DNA of 64,000 nucleotides from Armatimonadota bacterium (GTDB lineage Bacteria; Armatimonadota; SYMT01): NCBI GenBank assembly GCA_041690135.1, contig JAWLHY010000012.1, positions 128,001 to 192,000 of the forward strand, read 5' to 3'. Shown piece by piece: positions 61,059 to 64,000 of this stretch (position 1 is its first letter; each line of letters starts with the position of its first letter). The notes under the pieces were generated by a model. It saw only the letters and a program-made list of their open reading frames with translations, ran no database searches and was not told where the DNA came from. The position numbers and the translations under genes were made by a program.

Positions 61059-61466
61059 ATGGCCGTATTTGCACCTAGTTGTTTGGATTGCATCCACTTC
61101 CACCCCGGCAGTAAGGCCAGGATCCGGACCGGCACCTGTAATGCATTTCCGGACGGCATTCCCTCGCGCATTGCTTCGGGAGTGGATCCGCACGAGCAAC
61201 CGCATCCCGGCGACCACGGGATCCAGTTTGAGCCAAATGAGCGTGTCCGGGAGTCCCGTGCACGGGAGGCGAAGCGGGAAGTAGAATTCCAGCAAATGCG
61301 GGAGCAGATGCATGCACTGGCCCGTAACCTGGCGGACGAGCCGGAGGAAGTCTTGCAGGAGGCTTTCAACCGTCAAACGGACGAATGGGGAGTCCGACGC
61401 GTGAGTGCCAAGGGGTATCGTGACACGGGTCGATTTATAGTCTCTTCAAGAGATCTGGACTTCTGA
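61059..61466 (+). CDS. Second Cys-rich AFPDGIP candidate immunity protein
   Basis: CLDCIHF...CNAFPDGIP...DPHEQPHPGDHGIQF. Confidence 0.7.
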   Translation: MAVFAPSCLDCIHFHPGSKARIRTGTCNAFPDGIPSRIASGVDPHEQPHPGDHGIQFEPNERVRESRAREAKREVEFQQMREQMHALARNLADEPEEVLQEAFNRQTDEWGVRRVSAKGYRDTGRFIVSSRDLDF

Positions 61467-61521
61467 GGAGAGGACTTTCGTTGCCTCCACCCGGGGGGAG
61501 ACGTTTGTCCCCGGGTCCGCC

Positions 61522-63600
61522 ATGCCCGTCGATGCCGGCACCGGCGAGGGGCACGGGGATCCCGGTGCCGGCCATGCGCCGCAGGGGATGGAACCGCCTG
61601 GGGACGGCCTCCCGCAGACCGCGCGGACCGCAGTGGCGGAACCCCCCTCCGGCCCGGGCAAGACGGGGAACGGTAAAGCGATTCAAGACCCCACACACTC
61701 GCCTGGAAACGGGACCTCCGACCCGCGTGCGGACTACTCCCCTACCCCATCCCGGAGATCGGCGGTGGATGACGGCGCCGGCTCCCGGAAGATGGACGCG
61801 ACAGGGGTCGGCGGCCAACCTGGACGCGACGGGAGCGCCAGTAAAGGCACCAGTCCGGGCAATCGCACGAAGCCGTACGGCCGGAGTGGCTCCACCAGCT
61901 ATTGGGGGACACCGCCCCCCGGAGGCGCACCGACGGGAGGGCCGCCGCCCAATGTCGGAGATGCTCCGCCGGGAGGGCCGCCACCCGGCACTCCCGGACA
62001 ACCGAATCCGAAATCTACCACCGCCCCCGCGCAACAGCCGGGGGCGGTCGGCGTTTCTGGGCCGATACGGGGTGAGGTACCGACGCCGCAAGGCCACAAC
62101 AGGCCGGCTCCGGTAGAGGCAACCGGGGGACCGGCAGGAGCGAAGCCCGGGCAGTCACCGAACTCCCAGCGCAAGAGCGGACCGGGAATGGTCCGGTCCG
62201 CCGAGGCCTTGCGGCGAGAGGTGGATGCCGATCTGCGGGAGGTGCGGAAGCGGCTGGAGAGCGGAGGACGCACCGCGCGGGGATCTGGGCGCTTCACCCG
62301 CACGGGGGATGTGCAGCGCCTGGAGGAGCTTCGCCAGGAGTGGCGGGACCTGGAGCGCGGCTGGGGCGGGCAGTACCGGATCGGTGAGCCGGTGGTCGGC
62401 ACCCGATGGGACGGTCGGACCGAAGCGCTGATCTACGATGGGATGGCGAGCCCCACGCACGCCTTCGTGAGGGACGCAGAGACGGGGCTGCGGCGGCCGG
62501 GCACAGTACCGGTGGGAAGCCTTCAGAATACCCGCTGGGCTGGAACGGAGTCGGACGTGACCACGGTGCCAATTGGCTCTGGCACTCCGCATCTGGGCAA
62601 AACGCATCCAATGAAGGAAAGCGGCTTGGTCGTGCACCGCGGTTCTACTACTCAGGTCGCGGCTACAGACGCCCATATGTTGCAGGATGTGGATGGTTCA
62701 ACACCCCAACGCTCGTCGCAGCAAAGTAAGAGTACGACAAGTGGATTTGCAGCATCATCCTCTCCCGTCGGGCCAAATCCTTCCCATTCACGCGGTGGGA
62801 GAGGGGGTGATCCGCCGCAGGGAGGTGACAAAGCAACCACTTCGGGCGGTGACGACCACAACCCTCCTTCTAACCCCGACTGGATTCACAAGACGGTTGA
62901 GTGGAGGAGAGAGGAGTTCGAGGAGTATGCTAGAACGAGAGGTTACACTCTAGATGAATACGTTAACGAGGCAGATCGCCACCTTACTGGATTACTGGAT
63001 CACATGAGCTTTTTCTTGCAGGTTGGAGGTGATGAGCTACTCTCCGCACTCACTGAGGGTCGATTCAAGAACCAATTTGCCACTGGTACATCCCGCGGCA
63101 TCCTTTCTGCAGAAGTTCGCCGGCAGACCGAACGAGCACTATGGGGCATACCAGACCAAGCCGGGTGGGAGGAGCGCCCCATCTATGGCTTCTTGCATTC
63201 GCATCCCGATGCGATGCACCCGGATGCCCCCCAGGCACTAAGGCAGTATGGTGGTGTTACTGTGAAACTGAGTGACGCTATGCGGCCTCGAAGCACATTT
63301 ACAGGAGGTGACTCTCTAGATCGCACACGATGGGGCGACTTTCCAAACCTTGCACCCGCATCTGTTCTCCATCCGAATATACTGGCAATATCGGAACATA
63401 TGGGCGATGTGCTCGAAATCACGAATGCAGATGCGCTAGTTCGTAGTGCTGAGAGTAATGTGTCTTATATAGAAGCGCAGTACTTCGGACCGGTAACCGT
63501 AAAGGAGATCGTCGAGGTCATATTTGATGCTGAGGCTCTGACACCACCTATCAAAAGGCTATTGGATAGTCACACAATCCCGTACCGGATCAGACAATAA
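61522..63600 (+). CDS. Orphan toxin cassette D: repeated linker/pre-toxin region plus DUF3626-like C-terminal domain
   Basis: GRFKNQFATGTSRG, ERPIYGFL, YGGVTVKL, RSTFTGGDS, YIEAQYFGPV; lacks the long N-terminus of toxin B. Confidence 0.65.
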   Translation: MPVDAGTGEGHGDPGAGHAPQGMEPPGDGLPQTARTAVAEPPSGPGKTGNGKAIQDPTHSPGNGTSDPRADYSPTPSRRSAVDDGAGSRKMDATGVGGQPGRDGSASKGTSPGNRTKPYGRSGSTSYWGTPPPGGAPTGGPPPNVGDAPPGGPPPGTPGQPNPKSTTAPAQQPGAVGVSGPIRGEVPTPQGHNRPAPVEATGGPAGAKPGQSPNSQRKSGPGMVRSAEALRREVDADLREVRKRLESGGRTARGSGRFTRTGDVQRLEELRQEWRDLERGWGGQYRIGEPVVGTRWDGRTEALIYDGMASPTHAFVRDAETGLRRPGTVPVGSLQNTRWAGTESDVTTVPIGSGTPHLGKTHPMKESGLVVHRGSTTQVAATDAHMLQDVDGSTPQRSSQQSKSTTSGFAASSSPVGPNPSHSRGGRGGDPPQGGDKATTSGGDDHNPPSNPDWIHKTVEWRREEFEEYARTRGYTLDEYVNEADRHLTGLLDHMSFFLQVGGDELLSALTEGRFKNQFATGTSRGILSAEVRRQTERALWGIPDQAGWEERPIYGFLHSHPDAMHPDAPQALRQYGGVTVKLSDAMRPRSTFTGGDSLDRTRWGDFPNLAPASVLHPNILAISEHMGDVLEITNADALVRSAESNVSYIEAQYFGPVTVKEIVEVIFDAEALTPPIKRLLDSHTIPYRIRQ

Positions 63601-63625
63601 CTTGAGTTTTGATGGAGACTAAACG

Positions 63626-63916
63626 ATGCTAAAGGCAGTGGCTCGACGGGGAGACGGGTGGCTCGTATTACTCCAGAGTAGCGATCTTGACCAAGCCCTT
63701 CAACAGAAGAGGCCGGTTGGGCGCGTGCTCGACCCGTTTCAGGGAACTCTTTATCCACCCAACAACCTGTTCAGTATTCTTACACGAGGGAACTGGGAGA
63801 GAGTGGAACTGTCTCCCGACGAGTTGGAGGGAGTCCTGGCGAAGATCAACACAGTCCACGGAGTTGCTCTGGATGATGTATGGGAGATCGTTGCAGACGA
63901 ACCAAGGAAGCGTTGA
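63626..63916 (+). CDS. Candidate immunity protein for cassette D
   Basis: 96-aa lower-GC ORF 25 bp after the cassette D stop (GRVLD...LYPP....SILTRGNWE). Confidence 0.55.
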   Translation: MLKAVARRGDGWLVLLQSSDLDQALQQKRPVGRVLDPFQGTLYPPNNLFSILTRGNWERVELSPDELEGVLAKINTVHGVALDDVWEIVADEPRKR

Positions 63917-64000
63917 TATCTCGATGGATCGGACAGTAAGCGGCGTTTAGTCCAGGTAAGCAGTATTTGAAAGCCAGAGGCGTCAGATTACTAACCCCGC

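Noticed and set aside
63985-64000. Start of a sixth junction motif or further cassette (ACTAACCCCGC)
   Set aside because: Only a weak partial match, cut by the window edge.

Overview
High-GC bacterial chromosome. The PSD1/DUF1553 plus DUF1501 pair, Uma2 nuclease, PmoA-like protein and Tat-exported Gfo/Idh/MocA enzyme suggest an Armatimonadota/Planctomycetota-like host; this is inference only. About 1-35 kb and 37-41 kb are ordinary metabolic and signalling genes separated by many 6-9 bp microsatellites. From about 35.3 kb to the window end there is a phage-derived region with no integrase, major capsid or tail gene visible. It has ERF-like, LexA-type HTH and XRE genes, then a sigma-region-4-like regulator, a holin-like gene, a GH108 endolysin, a terminase large subunit split into two ORFs, a tandem-GroES protein and a portal-like protein. 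Around this module lies what looks like a polymorphic toxin/immunity system without a recognisable MuF domain. Large Pro/Gly-rich proteins share a ~100-aa 'pre-toxin' domain (3 copies) and a ~40-bp palindromic junction motif (5 copies). They end in different lower-GC C-terminal domains (HPGGLHEWL-type, HEXXH metallopeptidase, degenerate peptidase, DUF3626-like), each followed at once by a small candidate immunity gene. All family assignments come from motifs recognised by eye; no database search was run.
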